A program made the translations under genes and the position numbers. Below, piece by piece: positions 1-11,586 of a DNA stretch of 46,471 bases. A model generated the notes under the pieces. It saw only the letters and a list, made by a program, of their open reading frames with translations, did no database searches and was not told where the DNA came from. Positions within the stretch are counted from its first letter, which is position 1. Every line of letters begins with the position of its first letter. This stretch comes from a virus (taxonomy: Duplodnaviria > Heunggongvirae > Uroviricota > Caudoviricetes): IMG/VR virus record IMGVR_UViG_2606217103_000006; one strand, given 5' to 3'.

Positions 1-171
1 TCAATAAATCCCATCATTGCGATCAACCTCATCCTTAACCATTGATGCGAGCAGTTCTTCCAGTTTCTGCGCTGACAGCTTTACCTGGTGATCTTCAGCA
101 TCTTCCCGGGCTATTGTGGTTCGCGCAGTGGCTGATTTTGCTGACATCACCACAGGGGGCAGACGGACCAT
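1..171 (-). CDS. hypothetical small protein; complete ORF whose stop lies at window positions 1-3, start uncertain (internal ATG at 171 preceded by GGAGG)
   Basis: ORF track 1..282 minus strand; no recognisable motif; located beyond the tfa remnant. Confidence 0.25.
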   Translation of the reverse strand: MVRLPPVVMSAKSATARTTIAREDAEDHQVKLSAQKLEELLASMVKDEVDRNDGIY

Positions 172-235
172 TGAACCATGGCCTCCGGAACAAATAAGGG
201 CAAAAATAACAACCACTATCGAAAGCTCACAAACT

Positions 236-451
236 AACCGCAGCACGTTCCTGCATACGACGTGTCTGCGGCATAATCCCAATGATTACTCCCTGACAGG
301 ATTTGCAGGCCACTCAATATCAGGTACAGTTGATGTATCAACACGATTCAACAATACCCGATATTTATTCCATGCCTCCAGCAACGATCTTTCTTCCTCC
401 GTTGCGATTTCCAGATCTACAGCATCCTGCAGTGGCGCAATATACTCACTG
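236..451. repeat. direct repeat copy 1 (about 215 bp): tfa 3' end plus downstream stem-loop
   Basis: Near-identical to 1286-1500 by eye (roughly 85-90 percent); contains inverted repeat ccgcagcacg...cgtgtctgcgg. Confidence 0.7.
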
Positions 452-555
452 AATTCCTGGATGTAGAACTGTGTGGTGACGGTCTTCCAGCCATTCGGCT
501 CCTGCTGTATCGAAGCATACCAGGCTATTTCAATATCGCTATGCTGCGGCAGCAT
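286..555 (-). pseudogene. tail fibre assembly protein C-terminal remnant (duplicated tfa 3' end fused to unrelated N-terminus)
   Basis: C-terminal ~50 aa ([46 protein letters not shown]) nearly identical to C-terminus of the intact Tfa at 1335-1919. Confidence 0.5.
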
Positions 556-611
556 TTAACCCCTTGTAATTCATCGCCATAATTGATTTAATTCACAAAT
601 AAAACTATAAC

Positions 612-1280
612 ATGGTGAAATCAATGAAAAAAAACACAGATGATGGGGCTAAAATTTACACACCACTTACCCTAAAGCTTTATGACTGGTGGGTTTTGGG
701 AGTATCAAATCGGCTTGCATGGGGATGTCCTACAAAGGAACACCTTCTTCCACACTTTCTGGAACATGTAGGTAACAACCATCTGGATATTGGTGTTGGA
801 ACTGGGTTTTACCTTACTCACGTACCTGAGAGTAGTCTGATATCTTTAATGGATTTGAACGAAGCTAGCCTGAACGCGGCATCTACAAGGGCTGGGGAAT
901 CAAAAATTAAACATAAAATTAGCCATGATGTTTTTGAACCTTATCCCGCGGCGTTACATGGTCAATTTGATTCCATTTCCATGTTTTACCTTCTTCACTG
1001 CCTGCCTGGAAATATATCTACAAAAAGCTGTGTAATACGCAATGCGGCGCAGGCCTTAACTGACGATGGAACTCTATACGGAGCCACAATTCTTGGCGAT
1101 GGAGTTGTGCACAATAGCTTCGGTCAAAAACTGATGCGCATTTACAATCAGAAAGGCATCTTTTCAAACACAAAAGATTCCGAAGAAGGCTTAACACATA
1201 TACTCTCAGAGCATTTCGAGAATGTTAAAACCAAGGTTCAAGGTACTGTAGTAATGTTTTCCGCTTCAGGGAAAAAATAG
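612..1280 (+). CDS. class I SAM-dependent methyltransferase-like cargo protein (substrate unknown)
   Basis: Glycine-rich SAM-binding motif I (HLDIGVGTGFY); AT-rich relative to flanks; opposite strand to tail genes; flanked by direct repeats. Confidence 0.6.
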   Translation: MVKSMKKNTDDGAKIYTPLTLKLYDWWVLGVSNRLAWGCPTKEHLLPHFLEHVGNNHLDIGVGTGFYLTHVPESSLISLMDLNEASLNAASTRAGESKIKHKISHDVFEPYPAALHGQFDSISMFYLLHCLPGNISTKSCVIRNAAQALTDDGTLYGATILGDGVVHNSFGQKLMRIYNQKGIFSNTKDSEEGLTHILSEHFENVKTKVQGTVVMFSASGKK

Positions 1281-1285
1281 CATCC

Positions 1286-1500
1286 AACCGCAGCACGTTC
1301 TTGCTTAAGACGTGCTGCGGCATAATCCCAATGATTACTCCCTGACAGGATTTGCAGGCCACTCAATATCAGGTGCAGTTGATGTATCAACACGGTTCAG
1401 CAACACCCGATACTTTTTCCAGGCTTCCAGCAATGAGGTTTCTTCCTCCGTTGCAATTTCCAGATCTGCAGCATCCTGAAGCGGCGCAATATGCTCACTG
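1286..1500. repeat. direct repeat copy 2 (3' end of intact tfa and downstream 11-bp-stem hairpin ccgcagcacgt/acgtgctgcgg)
   Basis: Matches 236-451. Confidence 0.7.
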
Positions 1501-1919
1501 GCTACCTGCATCAGGTTGTTTTTTGTTTCTTCCGCTTCCCGTATCCGAAACAGTTTTTCTGCTTCTTCATCTTTCACCCAGGATGTGCCGTTCCACTTCT
1601 GAAACTCCCCTTCCGGGGATAACCAGGTGACATTTTCCGGTAATGAGCCGAGTTCAGAAATAAATAACGCGTCGCCGGAAGCCACGTCATAAACCGTTTT
1701 ACCCCGATGATCTTCAACGAGATGCCACGATGACTCATCACTGTTGAAAACAGCCACGAAACCAGCCGGAATATCTGGCGGTGCAATATAGGTACTGTTT
1801 GCAGGCAGACCTGTATGAGGTGGAATATATGCGTCACCGTCACCAATAAATTCATTAGTTCCGGCCAGCAGATTATAAATTTTTATGGTCCGTGGTTGTT
1901 CACTCATTCTGAATGCCAT
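1335..1919 (-). CDS. tfa: tail fibre assembly protein
   Basis: 194 aa; immediately downstream of and overlapping stf (ATGA junction at 1919); lambda Tfa-like C-terminus. Confidence 0.85.
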   Translation of the reverse strand: MAFRMSEQPRTIKIYNLLAGTNEFIGDGDAYIPPHTGLPANSTYIAPPDIPAGFVAVFNSDESSWHLVEDHRGKTVYDVASGDALFISELGSLPENVTWLSPEGEFQKWNGTSWVKDEEAEKLFRIREAEETKNNLMQVASEHIAPLQDAADLEIATEEETSLLEAWKKYRVLLNRVDTSTAPDIEWPANPVRE

Positions 1920-4690
1920 TATGCAAGCCTCACAATGTAGTTAAATGCGATGTTTTTGACGGTGTTTTCCGCGTTACCAGCAGCGTTAACGGTGATGGTG
2001 TGTCCATGTGAGCCAATCGCAACCGAGTGCGTATGAGCACCAATACCGACAGTATGTGCATGTGCGCCTGCGCTTGCAGCAGTACCCGATACAGAGTGCG
2101 TATGAGCGCCTGCAGAAGAAGTGTTAACACTGTATTTAGAATAATCAGGTGATCCACTTCCCGGAGCACCACTGGAACCACCTGAAACAAATGTCATCGA
2201 ATGGGTATGTGCACCGGCTGAAGCAGCCGTACCGCTAACACTATGGGTATGCGCACCAGTGTTATTCGTGGATTTAGTGCCGTAATCAAACGACGATGTG
2301 GTTTTCGTCCCCAAATCCGTACTGGATACGCTGGCGCTGTGGGTGTGTGATTTAATGCCGTCCTGTTCCTGAGACAATACGGCCCGACCACTGGCGGGCT
2401 TGCCCTTAATCGTCCAGCCACGCATATCAGGGATCACGCCTGACGGATAAGCGGCTGCAAGTTTCGGGTATGCAGATTTGTCAAAAGTCTGCCCCTGCAT
2501 CAGGGCATAACCAGACGGAACGGTATCTGATGGCCACGGGATTGGTGCGCCGACTGGGTAGCTTTCTGGTGGAAGATTTTTCGAAGTATAAACTTCTGCC
2601 CAGTCTTCCTCAAAACCATAACCGTCTCTTGAAGAACGGTAGAACAGACCACCATTTCTGTAATGCGCCTTCATCTGCAAGGTCCGGCAACTTCCGACTC
2701 CGGTATAGAAGTTAACCAGAATATAGCTGTCGCCAGAGCGGGTGACATTGTAAGCGCCTGATTCGGCATTCCAGGGAACGGCTCCATCCGAATCCGCATA
2801 AGCCCCCGTCGAACGTCGGGCAAATGCACCAATATTTTCCGGCGTGAGGTTAATATCCGCCGAGCCATCAAACTTAACACCGTTAATTTTTGGGTCTGCC
2901 GCAAGTTTCGTCGCGGTATCGGCGTTCCCCTTCAGTGCCCCGGTGATCCCATCAGTAACAGACAACGGACCTGAAATAGTCCCTCCAGTTGTTGGCAGCG
3001 CTCCAATATCTGATGGTGTAGGTTTCTGATGTGAGCTATACATCGTATAAACAACACCATCGGTAACGCTGGAAGGCTTACTCGCTGAATATGTTAGCGA
3101 GGTATAAATAGAAACTGACGCATTTGTAGTACAATCCCAATGGATATTTACACTCGTCGCATAATTGCCAATCTCAACGTAAATATCATATATATCGCCG
3201 GATGTGTTGATCCAGGCGAAATTCGTTAATCCGACGGCTGTACGCTTCCACAAAGCTCCGGTAATCCCTTTGGGGTTTCCATTGCCTGCTCGTAGAACCA
3301 GTTCAGATATACCTGCCTGTTGAGGTGCCCCCACGTTAAATCCAGCGCCACCAATCAATGCGATGTAAACGATGGAACTCGCTTGTGGCATGGTAACCGT
3401 TGCCAGTTTGAACCACCCTGCCCCGCCAGAGAAAGAGATCGTTACTGAATTTAAAGTGCCAATATCTTTCGGTGTTAATGTTATATCCGCAGTCAGTGCT
3501 TTCCCGTTAACTTTTCGGTTAGATGGTACCCTGCCATTCGCATTGTCATTCGCTGCTTTAACTGCCTTCGGTGTCGCGGCAAGCGTTTCAGATGTGCTGT
3601 TGGTTGCACTGCTGAGCTGTACTATCCCCTTTTTCGTCGTGCTCGCATCCTCAAGCGCCACGGCGGATGCAATATCCTCTGCCCGTTTTGCCGCTGTCTC
3701 GGCGCGCGTTGCCGCGGATTCCGCCGTACTTTTGCTCTGAGCTGCCGCCGTCGCACTGCCAGCTGCCTCTGTCGCCTTCGTGGATGCCGTCGTGGCGCTG
3801 CCCTTTGCTGCTGACGCCTGTCTGGTCGCCTCATCTTTTGAAGCAGACGCAGATGATGCCGATGACGCCGCCGAACTGGCGGACGATGCGGCAGCCGTTT
3901 TTGAGGATTCTGCGCTGGTTTCCGAGGCTTTCGCGTTCGTTTCGGATGTCTTCGCTGCCTCTTTTGAGGCCGCCGCATCCCGTGCTGAAGTGGCTGCTTC
4001 TGACGCTTTCGTGGTCGCGGTGGATGCAGAAGTGGCTGCTGATTGTTGTGACGCAGCCGCATTCGTTTCTGACGTTTTCGCCGCACCGGCACTGGTAGCC
4101 ACCGCGCTTTTTGAGGACTCTGCAGCGGCAGCACTTTTTGATGCTTCAGTAGCCTTTGTTGATGCCGTTCCTGCGCTGGAAGACGCTGACTGAGCCGACG
4201 TCGCGGCCTGCCCGGCTGATGTGCTGGCTGCACGTGCTGAGCCTGCAGCATCAGTCGCATGGGTTGCCGCCTCACTGGCAGATATGCTGGCATCGCTGGC
4301 TGACTTCTTCGCGGCTGCCGTGTTCTGTGCAACCGCGGAGGCGTTACGTGACACCTCTTCCACCATCTGCTCAAAGCGGCGCAGTGCCTCCGGTCGGACA
4401 TCATCCTCCGTCATGGCACCGAGAAAATCATTCAGCGTACCTGGTCTGGAACCTTCATAGACGGTAATGGTCCCGGCATGTGAAGGCGGAAAACCTTCAA
4501 CCAGCAGGGTGACGCTGTACTGGCCATGCTCAACATCCATGCTGTAACGTCCGGCTTCATCCGGATTTTCAGAGGCCACCGTGTTCACCACCACCGTGCT
4601 GCTGGTTCGTCTGGCCTTCAGCACAATGGTGCAGTTCTGTACTGGTTTTCCTGTGCCATCTTTAAGCACGCCAGAAATTTTTACTGTCAT
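1919..4690 (-). CDS. stf: side tail fibre protein
   Basis: 923 aa; long Ala/Ser/Thr-rich low-complexity shaft and C-terminal [20 protein letters not shown] repeats typical of E. coli prophage side tail fibres. Confidence 0.9.
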   Translation of the reverse strand: MTVKISGVLKDGTGKPVQNCTIVLKARRTSSTVVVNTVASENPDEAGRYSMDVEHGQYSVTLLVEGFPPSHAGTITVYEGSRPGTLNDFLGAMTEDDVRPEALRRFEQMVEEVSRNASAVAQNTAAAKKSASDASISASEAATHATDAAGSARAASTSAGQAATSAQSASSSAGTASTKATEASKSAAAAESSKSAVATSAGAAKTSETNAAASQQSAATSASTATTKASEAATSARDAAASKEAAKTSETNAKASETSAESSKTAAASSASSAASSASSASASKDEATRQASAAKGSATTASTKATEAAGSATAAAQSKSTAESAATRAETAAKRAEDIASAVALEDASTTKKGIVQLSSATNSTSETLAATPKAVKAANDNANGRVPSNRKVNGKALTADITLTPKDIGTLNSVTISFSGGAGWFKLATVTMPQASSIVYIALIGGAGFNVGAPQQAGISELVLRAGNGNPKGITGALWKRTAVGLTNFAWINTSGDIYDIYVEIGNYATSVNIHWDCTTNASVSIYTSLTYSASKPSSVTDGVVYTMYSSHQKPTPSDIGALPTTGGTISGPLSVTDGITGALKGNADTATKLAADPKINGVKFDGSADINLTPENIGAFARRSTGAYADSDGAVPWNAESGAYNVTRSGDSYILVNFYTGVGSCRTLQMKAHYRNGGLFYRSSRDGYGFEEDWAEVYTSKNLPPESYPVGAPIPWPSDTVPSGYALMQGQTFDKSAYPKLAAAYPSGVIPDMRGWTIKGKPASGRAVLSQEQDGIKSHTHSASVSSTDLGTKTTSSFDYGTKSTNNTGAHTHSVSGTAASAGAHTHSMTFVSGGSSGAPGSGSPDYSKYSVNTSSAGAHTHSVSGTAASAGAHAHTVGIGAHTHSVAIGSHGHTITVNAAGNAENTVKNIAFNYIVRLA

Positions 4691-4702
4691 ACTTTTCCAC
4701 CA

Positions 4703-4737
4703 ATAAAAAAAGCCCGCAGCAGTGACGCCACGGGCTT
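4703..4737 (-). terminator. intrinsic terminator-like hairpin downstream of lom
   Basis: On minus strand AAGCCCG-loop-CGGGCTT followed by TTTTTTTATT. Confidence 0.5.
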
Positions 4738-4841
4738 CAGGACAGTGTAACTTTACGTTTCCTCAAACGCAGTTCACCCCATAAGGTGGATGAACCTGCG
4801 TATCATAACAATATTTACAGAAGATAAATCGGCGTCTGTTG

Positions 4842-5441
4842 TCAGAAACGGTATCCGATACCAACAATAAATGCATCCGTTCGCCAGTCGCCACTACCGG
4901 AACCTTCATAAGCAAGGTCAATGGTCACGGATTCGGTCGGGTTAAACTGCACGCCAGCCCCCCACGCCAGAGACGTGTTGCTGTGGCGACCGTCATCACT
5001 TCCGGTCAGCACATCGTGCGTTTTCCCCTTGTTGTCAGTTACGCGGAGATAATCCCCGGAGAAAGTCGACACACGGCTGTAAGCCACACCCGCCATCGAA
5101 TACGCGCTGAACCATTCATTCACGCGTACAGACGGCCCCGCCATCACGCTGAACCAGCGGTTACGCACGGAATCTTCATGCCAGCGGGTATCGCTGTAGC
5201 GCGTTTTTTGCTCATCCTCAGCATTGGCATAACTGAAGGACGTAATCAGCCCCAGCGCGTCCGTAAACTCATAACGGTATTTCACGTTAATCCCGTTCAG
5301 ATCATCACTACCGGGAACGTTCGTCGAGGCATGGAGATACCCCGCGCTCAGCGTGGACTGATGTTCTGCTGCACTCGCTGGCGTAGCAGCGGCGACCTGC
5401 CAGACTACTGCGGACAAAATAACAGCACATAATTTACGCAT
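4842..5441 (-). CDS. lom: outer membrane protein Lom (Ail/Lom family beta-barrel)
   Basis: 199 aa; signal peptide; C-terminal GYRF; position between J and stf as in lambda. Confidence 0.9.
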   Translation of the reverse strand: MRKLCAVILSAVVWQVAAATPASAAEHQSTLSAGYLHASTNVPGSDDLNGINVKYRYEFTDALGLITSFSYANAEDEQKTRYSDTRWHEDSVRNRWFSVMAGPSVRVNEWFSAYSMAGVAYSRVSTFSGDYLRVTDNKGKTHDVLTGSDDGRHSNTSLAWGAGVQFNPTESVTIDLAYEGSGSGDWRTDAFIVGIGYRF

Positions 5442-5464
5442 AATTACCTCTCGCTTTTCTGCAA

Positions 5465-5489
5465 TAAAAAAGGCGCCATTTCTGGCGCC
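5465..5489 (-). terminator. terminator-like hairpin between J and lom
   Basis: Minus strand GGCGCC-agaaat-GGCGCC followed by TTTTTTATT. Confidence 0.45.
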
Positions 5490-5509
5490 CGCATATGGGT
5501 TATGAAAAT

Positions 5510-8500
5510 TCAGCTAATCGTGATACCTGCTGTGGATTTCTTCATCACCACAACCAGCAAATCACTGATACTGGCTGTGGGATACCAGTCATTTACCAGC
5601 CACGCTGATACCGAAAACTCCAGCGTCATGTGACCGCGACCAGCAGGCATATCAATAACACCTGTATAAACCAGCGTATTATCCAGCGCGGTACGGTTAT
5701 AAATTTCAGCACCGTTTTTCTTCACTATCAGGCGGCATGACGAATAAATATCGTTATTCTCCCGCTCATGTTTAGCGCCACGAAACGCCACCGCGGGAAT
5801 AACAATCTGCCGGTCAAACGGCTGATCGTCATAAACCCTGACGGTAATGGTCCCTGATGGCCACCGCTCCGGTGCACGGGAGTCCCGGGGGAAAGCTTTG
5901 CCCACTGTTTTAACGAGATCGCCTTCAATCTGGTTCGCAGACAGTTTTCCCAGAACCCGACAGTTTTCATTTATCGTGACATTGTTGAGCGTCCCGGCGT
6001 TCGCATTCACACTGCCACTGATATCCGCATTTTTCGCCGTCAGTCGCCCGTCCGGTGTCAGGGAAAATGCCGGTGGATTTCCACCGCTGGTAATGGTGGG
6101 GGCCGTCAGGCGTTTCAGGAACACGTCGTTCATGAATATCTGATCGCCCTGACCAACAAACATCGGTTTTGTGTTGCCATTCGCAGGATTAACCATCGCA
6201 ATCCTGTCCGCCGCCAGCAGCACCTGACTCTGCATGCCGTCAGGGGTGTTCTCAATACCGGCACCAATACCCGCGATATAAAGGCGTCCGTCCTGCATCT
6301 GCTGCAGCTTCACAGCCCACATGCTGTTCAGGTTATTATTTGTATCAACCTGAACCTTCTGTATCTGCTGAATTGCCGCACTCTGGTCTTCCAGTTTCTT
6401 ATTGACGGTCTGCGTGATTTCATTGCTGACATCCGTAATGGACGTCCTGATTTCAGCCAGGTCAGGCGCAAGCTGACCGTTATCAATCTGCGTCCACAGC
6501 TCCTGAGCCAGATGGGTTTTCCCTATCTCGCCTTTGAAAAAATCCAGATAGCCGGATGCATCATCGCTCGCCCGACCGACGGCCTCCACAAATGCCGATT
6601 TGCCTACGGTGTTCACACTGCGGGTATAAAAGTAATAATCATGGCCCGGTTTGATATTGATACTGGCGGCTATCCAGTACAGCGCCGTACCAAGATAGCG
6701 GGCTGTGGTTTCAACCTGCCTGATATCCGCAATCCGCTTTTCCGAGAACCAGAACTCAAACTGTACCGTCGGATCATAAACCGCAAGATGCGGCGTGGCG
6801 GTTATCTGAAAATAGCCCGGCGTCAGCTCAATCCGCGACGGCGCTGCCGGTGCGGCGATCCGGAACAATACCGATGCCGGATCGCCCTGCTGTCCCCATG
6901 CATTTACCGCCCGGACTGTCAGCGTGTACCGCCCCAGCGCCAGCTGCGTGAAGCGATATGTGGTTTCCGTCGTCCGGGCCGTGCTGACCAACCGCTCACT
7001 GCCGTCGTCCGCTGCCACGGTCAGGCGCAGACTGAAGCGCACGCCCTTCACCACCCGCGGCGTGTCCCATTTAGCCTGCGCCAGATACTGGCCGTCAGCT
7101 GCGCTCACCTCCACCGTCAGGTGCTGTACTGCCGGTGGGATGACGCTGTTCAGGGAGCCTGACTGCGGCTCAAAGCGGGCACCGTTATCCACGATGGCTT
7201 CTTTTTCCGGTACGTGCTGCACCGCCGTGATGGCAAAGGTGCCGTCCGTGTTTTCCCGGATGGAGACACAGCGGAACAGGCGACGGCGCAGTGACGGCAG
7301 GGAGAGTCCCCACACCCCGTATGTCTCCACACCATCAGGCAGGGTACTGACCTGTATCCGGTCCGGCGCGGGGTGTTCGGTGATGTCCACACTCACCGGC
7401 TTACCGCTGCCGTTAATCAGGTTCACCGTGGCGGCACCGGTCTCCGGCAGGGTAACCTCACGGTCCAGCGTCAGGGTGCGGGTGGCAGCATCAATGGACA
7501 GGACACGTCCGCCGGTCAGGGTCCCGGCATAGTCATTATCACAGATTTCAATAATGTCACCGGGTGTGTGCCGCAGCCCCTGAGACCCGAGCGTGAAATC
7601 CACCGTCTGCGTTTCCAGCAGTTCGGTCTTTATCACCCACAGTCCGGCACGGTGGGCCTGACCGCGGCTGGTACAGCCGAACGCGTCCATCTTCAGCAGA
7701 TTGCGCCCGTAGCGCAGTATGGCTTCCGGGTCTTCCACCAGTTCCGTGGAGGTCTGCCAGCCGTTCTGCGGGTCGGTGTAATTCACCTCCACCGCCGTGT
7801 GCCGGTCCTTCAGGGCACTGAAGCTGTAGCGGAACCCCACGCCGTTATCATCCACCACCACATCGCTGTTGGTGTACGGCCACACCACATCCGACAGGCG
7901 GTCCTGAACAAACGTCAGCATCTGGCCGTTCCATACCGGCATACAGCGCATCGCCGAGCAGAAATCACTGAGAACATCCCACGCCTTACGCTGTTGTGCC
8001 AGGTACGCATTGAAGGTCATCCGCGGCTCGGTGCCCCCGAAGCCATCCGGCACCATCTGGTCGCAGTACTGCCCGATGGCATACAGCGCCCACTTGTCCA
8101 CATCCGCCGCCCCCAGACGTTTTCCCATGCCGTAGCGCGGGTGAGTCAGCATGTCCCACAGACACCAGGCCGGATTGTTGCTGTATGCCGGTTTCAGACT
8201 GCCGTCCCAGATACCACTGTACGTGCGTTTTTCCGGGTCATAGTTTGACGGCACCTGGATGATGCGACCGCGGATATGGTAGTTCACCGTCATCTGCTGA
8301 CCACCAAACTGCTCCGCATCCACCTGCATCCCCACAATGGCCGTGTTCGGGTAGCACTGTTTCACATCGATGATTTCGGTGTATGACGACCACAGCGTTC
8401 TGTTCTGCAGCTGGTCCGTGGTGCTGTCCGCCGTCTCCCTGACCATCCGGATGTTAAAGGGGCGGGGAGGCAGATTATCCAGAATCACCGAGGCCAGGAA

Positions 8501-8986
8501 CTGTGAGGTGGTCTTGCCGTTAATGGTGACATCCTTTTCTGTCACCCAGTTACCGTTACGCTGTAACTGAATCAGCAGACGGACAGAGGACGGATTACGG
8601 TCACCCTTTGACGTGGTCTCCACCAGTGACTGCACCCCGAAGGTCACCCGCAGGCGGTCAATGTTCGCTGACGTAATGGTGCGTGTTACCGGTTTTGCCC
8701 TGGTCACTTCGACACCCAGTACAGTTTCAGAGCCGGAGGACTCAAAGCCTTCCGGTGGTATCTGCTCCTGCTCCCCGGCACGCCAGACCGCGGTCACACC
8801 GTGTATCACGGGATTACCGTCCGTGTCCGTCAGCGGGGTTTTGTTCACCAGAATACTCTGCAGGCCTTTCACCGGGCCTTCTATCGGTCCCTCACCAATC
8901 GCATCAATCACGCTCATCATCTGCGTGGATTTGAGATTGTCTTTCGCCTCACGCGGTGTGTGCGCCTTGCCGCCACCTTTGCCCAT
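5510..8986 (-). CDS. J: tail tip / host specificity protein J
   Basis: 1158 aa; size and position match lambda J (1132 aa); fibronectin-III-like central region. Confidence 0.95.
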   Translation of the reverse strand: MGKGGGKAHTPREAKDNLKSTQMMSVIDAIGEGPIEGPVKGLQSILVNKTPLTDTDGNPVIHGVTAVWRAGEQEQIPPEGFESSGSETVLGVEVTRAKPVTRTITSANIDRLRVTFGVQSLVETTSKGDRNPSSVRLLIQLQRNGNWVTEKDVTINGKTTSQFLASVILDNLPPRPFNIRMVRETADSTTDQLQNRTLWSSYTEIIDVKQCYPNTAIVGMQVDAEQFGGQQMTVNYHIRGRIIQVPSNYDPEKRTYSGIWDGSLKPAYSNNPAWCLWDMLTHPRYGMGKRLGAADVDKWALYAIGQYCDQMVPDGFGGTEPRMTFNAYLAQQRKAWDVLSDFCSAMRCMPVWNGQMLTFVQDRLSDVVWPYTNSDVVVDDNGVGFRYSFSALKDRHTAVEVNYTDPQNGWQTSTELVEDPEAILRYGRNLLKMDAFGCTSRGQAHRAGLWVIKTELLETQTVDFTLGSQGLRHTPGDIIEICDNDYAGTLTGGRVLSIDAATRTLTLDREVTLPETGAATVNLINGSGKPVSVDITEHPAPDRIQVSTLPDGVETYGVWGLSLPSLRRRLFRCVSIRENTDGTFAITAVQHVPEKEAIVDNGARFEPQSGSLNSVIPPAVQHLTVEVSAADGQYLAQAKWDTPRVVKGVRFSLRLTVAADDGSERLVSTARTTETTYRFTQLALGRYTLTVRAVNAWGQQGDPASVLFRIAAPAAPSRIELTPGYFQITATPHLAVYDPTVQFEFWFSEKRIADIRQVETTARYLGTALYWIAASINIKPGHDYYFYTRSVNTVGKSAFVEAVGRASDDASGYLDFFKGEIGKTHLAQELWTQIDNGQLAPDLAEIRTSITDVSNEITQTVNKKLEDQSAAIQQIQKVQVDTNNNLNSMWAVKLQQMQDGRLYIAGIGAGIENTPDGMQSQVLLAADRIAMVNPANGNTKPMFVGQGDQIFMNDVFLKRLTAPTITSGGNPPAFSLTPDGRLTAKNADISGSVNANAGTLNNVTINENCRVLGKLSANQIEGDLVKTVGKAFPRDSRAPERWPSGTITVRVYDDQPFDRQIVIPAVAFRGAKHERENNDIYSSCRLIVKKNGAEIYNRTALDNTLVYTGVIDMPAGRGHMTLEFSVSAWLVNDWYPTASISDLLVVVMKKSTAGITIS

Positions 8987-9187
8987 TACATCACCTCTTA
9001 CCTTGATAATTGTTCACTCACAAAAACAACAGGCACCTCACCGGGTGCCTGCGTCATGACGGAATAAAATTTCTGAATATCTTCACATTTTCACACACTG
9101 ACTGTGGCGCGTATAATTTCGCTGCGTTAGTGTTTTTTTGCCCGAGTAACAAAAACAACTCCTTCACATTGATCTTCATTTGTCTGT

Positions 9188-9222
9188 CCCCGCAGCTCCG
9201 CGATCACTGCGGGATTTTTTTA
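9188..9222 (+). terminator. plus-strand intrinsic terminator in the I-J intergenic insert
   Basis: CCCCGCAG-loop-CTGCGGG followed by ATTTTTTTAT; orientation opposite to tail genes. Confidence 0.5.
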
Positions 9223-9226
9223 TGTT

Positions 9227-9907
9227 TTATCCCTGTCGCCCGATAACCACGACCTTTCCGCCCCCGCCTTCATCACGGGTGCTGATGTCCTGGGATATAC
9301 GGCGGGAGCCAACCAGCATTTCCCCGTAAGGCACCGGCATCGGGTTCCCCTGGGCAATCATGTTATCCAGCGAGGAAAAGTACGTGTTCTGTCTGCCGTT
9401 ATCCGTTGCGCGGTAATCCGGTGTTTTTGCCTTCGGGGCCAGCATCTGGGCCACACCGCCCAGAATCATGCTGGCTCCAAGTGAAAACAGCATCGTGGTG
9501 GCAGAAAAACCACCGGCTGCCAGGGCTGAACCCCATAACGCCATTGATGCCCCGGCAGTGAAGAAAGAGCCCACGATGGCTGCCGCCCCCAACACAATCT
9601 GCAGTCCACCCTTTCCGGCCCCGGCCAGTCGCGGCACAATGTGGATGACCGTTCCCTCACCCAGCTGTTCGTGAAGGCGGGCGTACACCACCTCCGGTGC
9701 CGTGTCTTCACCGGCAATACGTATCTGGTACCAGCCTTCGTTCATCTGACGGCGAAAGCCCGGCATCTGCATCGACAGGGCGCGGATGGCTTCCGCTGCC
9801 GTGTTCACATACAGGCTGAGGCGGCGGCCAAATCGTTGCAAATCCCCGTGAAGGCAGATGTGTGCCAGTGGCGGTGACGCCAGACAGAATGCGTTCGTCG
9901 TTGCCAT
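9227..9907 (-). CDS. I: tail assembly protein I
   Basis: 226 aa; Gly/Ala-rich C-terminal half; overlaps K by 103 nt exactly as lambda I/K. Confidence 0.9.
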   Translation of the reverse strand: MATTNAFCLASPPLAHICLHGDLQRFGRRLSLYVNTAAEAIRALSMQMPGFRRQMNEGWYQIRIAGEDTAPEVVYARLHEQLGEGTVIHIVPRLAGAGKGGLQIVLGAAAIVGSFFTAGASMALWGSALAAGGFSATTMLFSLGASMILGGVAQMLAPKAKTPDYRATDNGRQNTYFSSLDNMIAQGNPMPVPYGEMLVGSRRISQDISTRDEGGGGKVVVIGRQG

Positions 9908-10548
9908 TTTTCGGAATACCTCTCCCGTTTACTCAGTTGTTCAGGAATATGGTGAAGCAGTTCACCGTTGCCGCAGTAAATGGCGGCATGATTAGCCACC
10001 GATGCGCCGAAGCAGCACAGCAGGATATCGCCCGGCTGTGCAGAGGACAGGGGCACCCGGTAAAAGCCGGTGACCGCCATATTGTCCAGGTACAGGTTCT
10101 GGCCGTTGCGCCACCAGTCATCCTCGCGATGAAAATCCGGCATATCAATTCCCGCCAGATGGTATGCATCCCGGAACAGCGTGTAACAGTCCGTCACCCC
10201 GTGCTCAAAGCGCCGTCCTGTCAGATGTGGCACACAGCGGAATTTATGAATTTCCCCCCGGCAGACCAGCCACCAGGGTAGTGCGCTTTTTATCTGCAGC
10301 CGCCGGTCAGCCTCGCTCAGCCAGGGCAGCTCACCGGGATGACTGTGGACCAGTGCCACAATCTCCCCCTGCATCTCTGCCCGCAGCCAGTCTTCCGGTG
10401 CGATACGAAAATACGCCTCCGGCTCTGCGGAAATATTCACACAAGGGATATACCGCTCCCCCTCCGGCGTGCTTATCACGAAGCCGCACGACTCCGCAGG
10501 CGCACACCGCCGGGCATGCGCCAGAATCGCTGATTCAGTCTGTGTCAT
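9805..10548 (-). CDS. K: tail assembly protein K (JAB/MPN plus NlpC/P60-like)
   Basis: HSHP JAB-type motif; start taken at internal ATG 10548 (MTQTESAIL); the longer track ORF would overlap L. Confidence 0.8.
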   Translation of the reverse strand: MTQTESAILAHARRCAPAESCGFVISTPEGERYIPCVNISAEPEAYFRIAPEDWLRAEMQGEIVALVHSHPGELPWLSEADRRLQIKSALPWWLVCRGEIHKFRCVPHLTGRRFEHGVTDCYTLFRDAYHLAGIDMPDFHREDDWWRNGQNLYLDNMAVTGFYRVPLSSAQPGDILLCCFGASVANHAAIYCGNGELLHHIPEQLSKRERYSEKWQRRTHSVWRHRHWHTSAFTGICNDLAAASACM

Positions 10549-10558
10549 AAACCGGGAT

Positions 10559-11257
10559 TTACTGCGAAAGTTTATTAATGGAAAGGAAACCGCCAAAATT
10601 GCCGACATTCCTGCGCAGTTCACACCCGCGCATGCACTTGCTGCATCTGTCCTTACGGATATCCGTGGTGGGTTTATCGAACTCATCCGCCACAGCCCCG
10701 CCCGTGTAACCACACTCATCAGAGCGGTAGGTCCACATACAGGTGTTCGCCAGCATGATACGACCGGGAAACTGAGCTCCGTCCGTCTCGGTCGGTGTGG
10801 CCAGCACAAACGAGGCCGTCATGGCTGTCAGCTGCGACATCTGCTCCACCACTCAGCGGTCGCTCAGCTCCTGCTCCGGGTCCGCTTCCGGATTGCCCGC
10901 CACAAAATTCACCGCATCCAGAAAACGGGCATACACCCGGCGGCGGACCACCGTGGCCCCCACCAGACTCTGCAGGTCTTCCGCCATCCCGGTGACAAGG
11001 CCGAACAGATTGGACACCGTCAGCGACGGTCTGGCACTGCTGCCTTTCCCGTTCATTTCAAAGCCGCTGCCATCAATCGGGTACGCCTCATACTTACGCC
11101 CCTGCCAGGTGACCGGCTCCCCTTTTTCATTCAGCTCATTACAGAAAAAATACCGCTCACCACCCTGTACCGTCAGGTCGATTTCCCAGAGTACCACCCG
11201 CGGTGACTGCTCTGACTTAACCGACTCGTTCAGACTTTCTTCGCGAATATCCTGCAT
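10559..11257 (-). pseudogene. L: minor tail protein L interrupted by an in-frame TGA (10853-10855)
   Basis: Two adjacent same-frame ORFs (134 aa + 97 aa, 231 aa total vs 232 aa for lambda L as I remember it) separated only by TGA at the position where lambda L, from memory, has Trp (TGG). Confidence 0.8.
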
Positions 11258-11586
11258 CAGTTCACCACCTGCTTAAACTCCGCGCTGAACTCAACGCGCA
11301 ACATCCCGACCCGCGCAGACCACCCGGCACAGGTCACCTTTATCTGCCGGTATGCATAGGGTGGCTTCCACAAAAATGCCTTCCAGCCACCGTGCTCTGC
11401 CAGAAACGACTCCAGCGCCGTGGCCTCCTCACGGGAGACAGACAGCGTCACGCTGTACGTTTTCAGGTCAGCGTTCAGCCCGGCAGGCGCACGCTGGGAA
11501 TAGCCATCACCAAAGCGCACCTCCCTGACGGAAGGAGCCGATGTCACATCCATCCCGGGTTTCACTTTCCAGCGGAAGGTTTTCAT
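11257..11586 (-). CDS. M: minor tail protein M
   Basis: 109 aa, same length and position as lambda M. Confidence 0.85.
   Translation of the reverse strand: MKTFRWKVKPGMDVTSAPSVREVRFGDGYSQRAPAGLNADLKTYSVTLSVSREEATALESFLAEHGGWKAFLWKPPYAYRQIKVTCAGWSARVGMLRVEFSAEFKQVVN

Noticed and set aside
116-466. 116-aa plus-strand ORF
   Set aside because: Lies antisense across the Tfa remnant and direct repeat; no RBS or motif; most likely a chance ORF.
3622-4404. Arg-rich 260-aa ORF and other nested ORFs (3372-3740, 3667-4098, 3780-4193, 4156-4467) within stf
   Set aside because: Alternative-frame readings of the low-complexity Ala/Ser/Thr-coding repeat region; composition artefacts.
6512-8248. Plus-strand ORFs of 200-290 aa inside J (6512-7162, 6924-7532, 7373-8248)
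   Set aside because: Antisense to a long well-supported gene in GC-rich DNA; no start context.
9805-10809. 334-aa version of the K ORF
   Set aside because: The N-terminal 87 codons would overlap L; an internal ATG at 10548 gives a K of plausible size.
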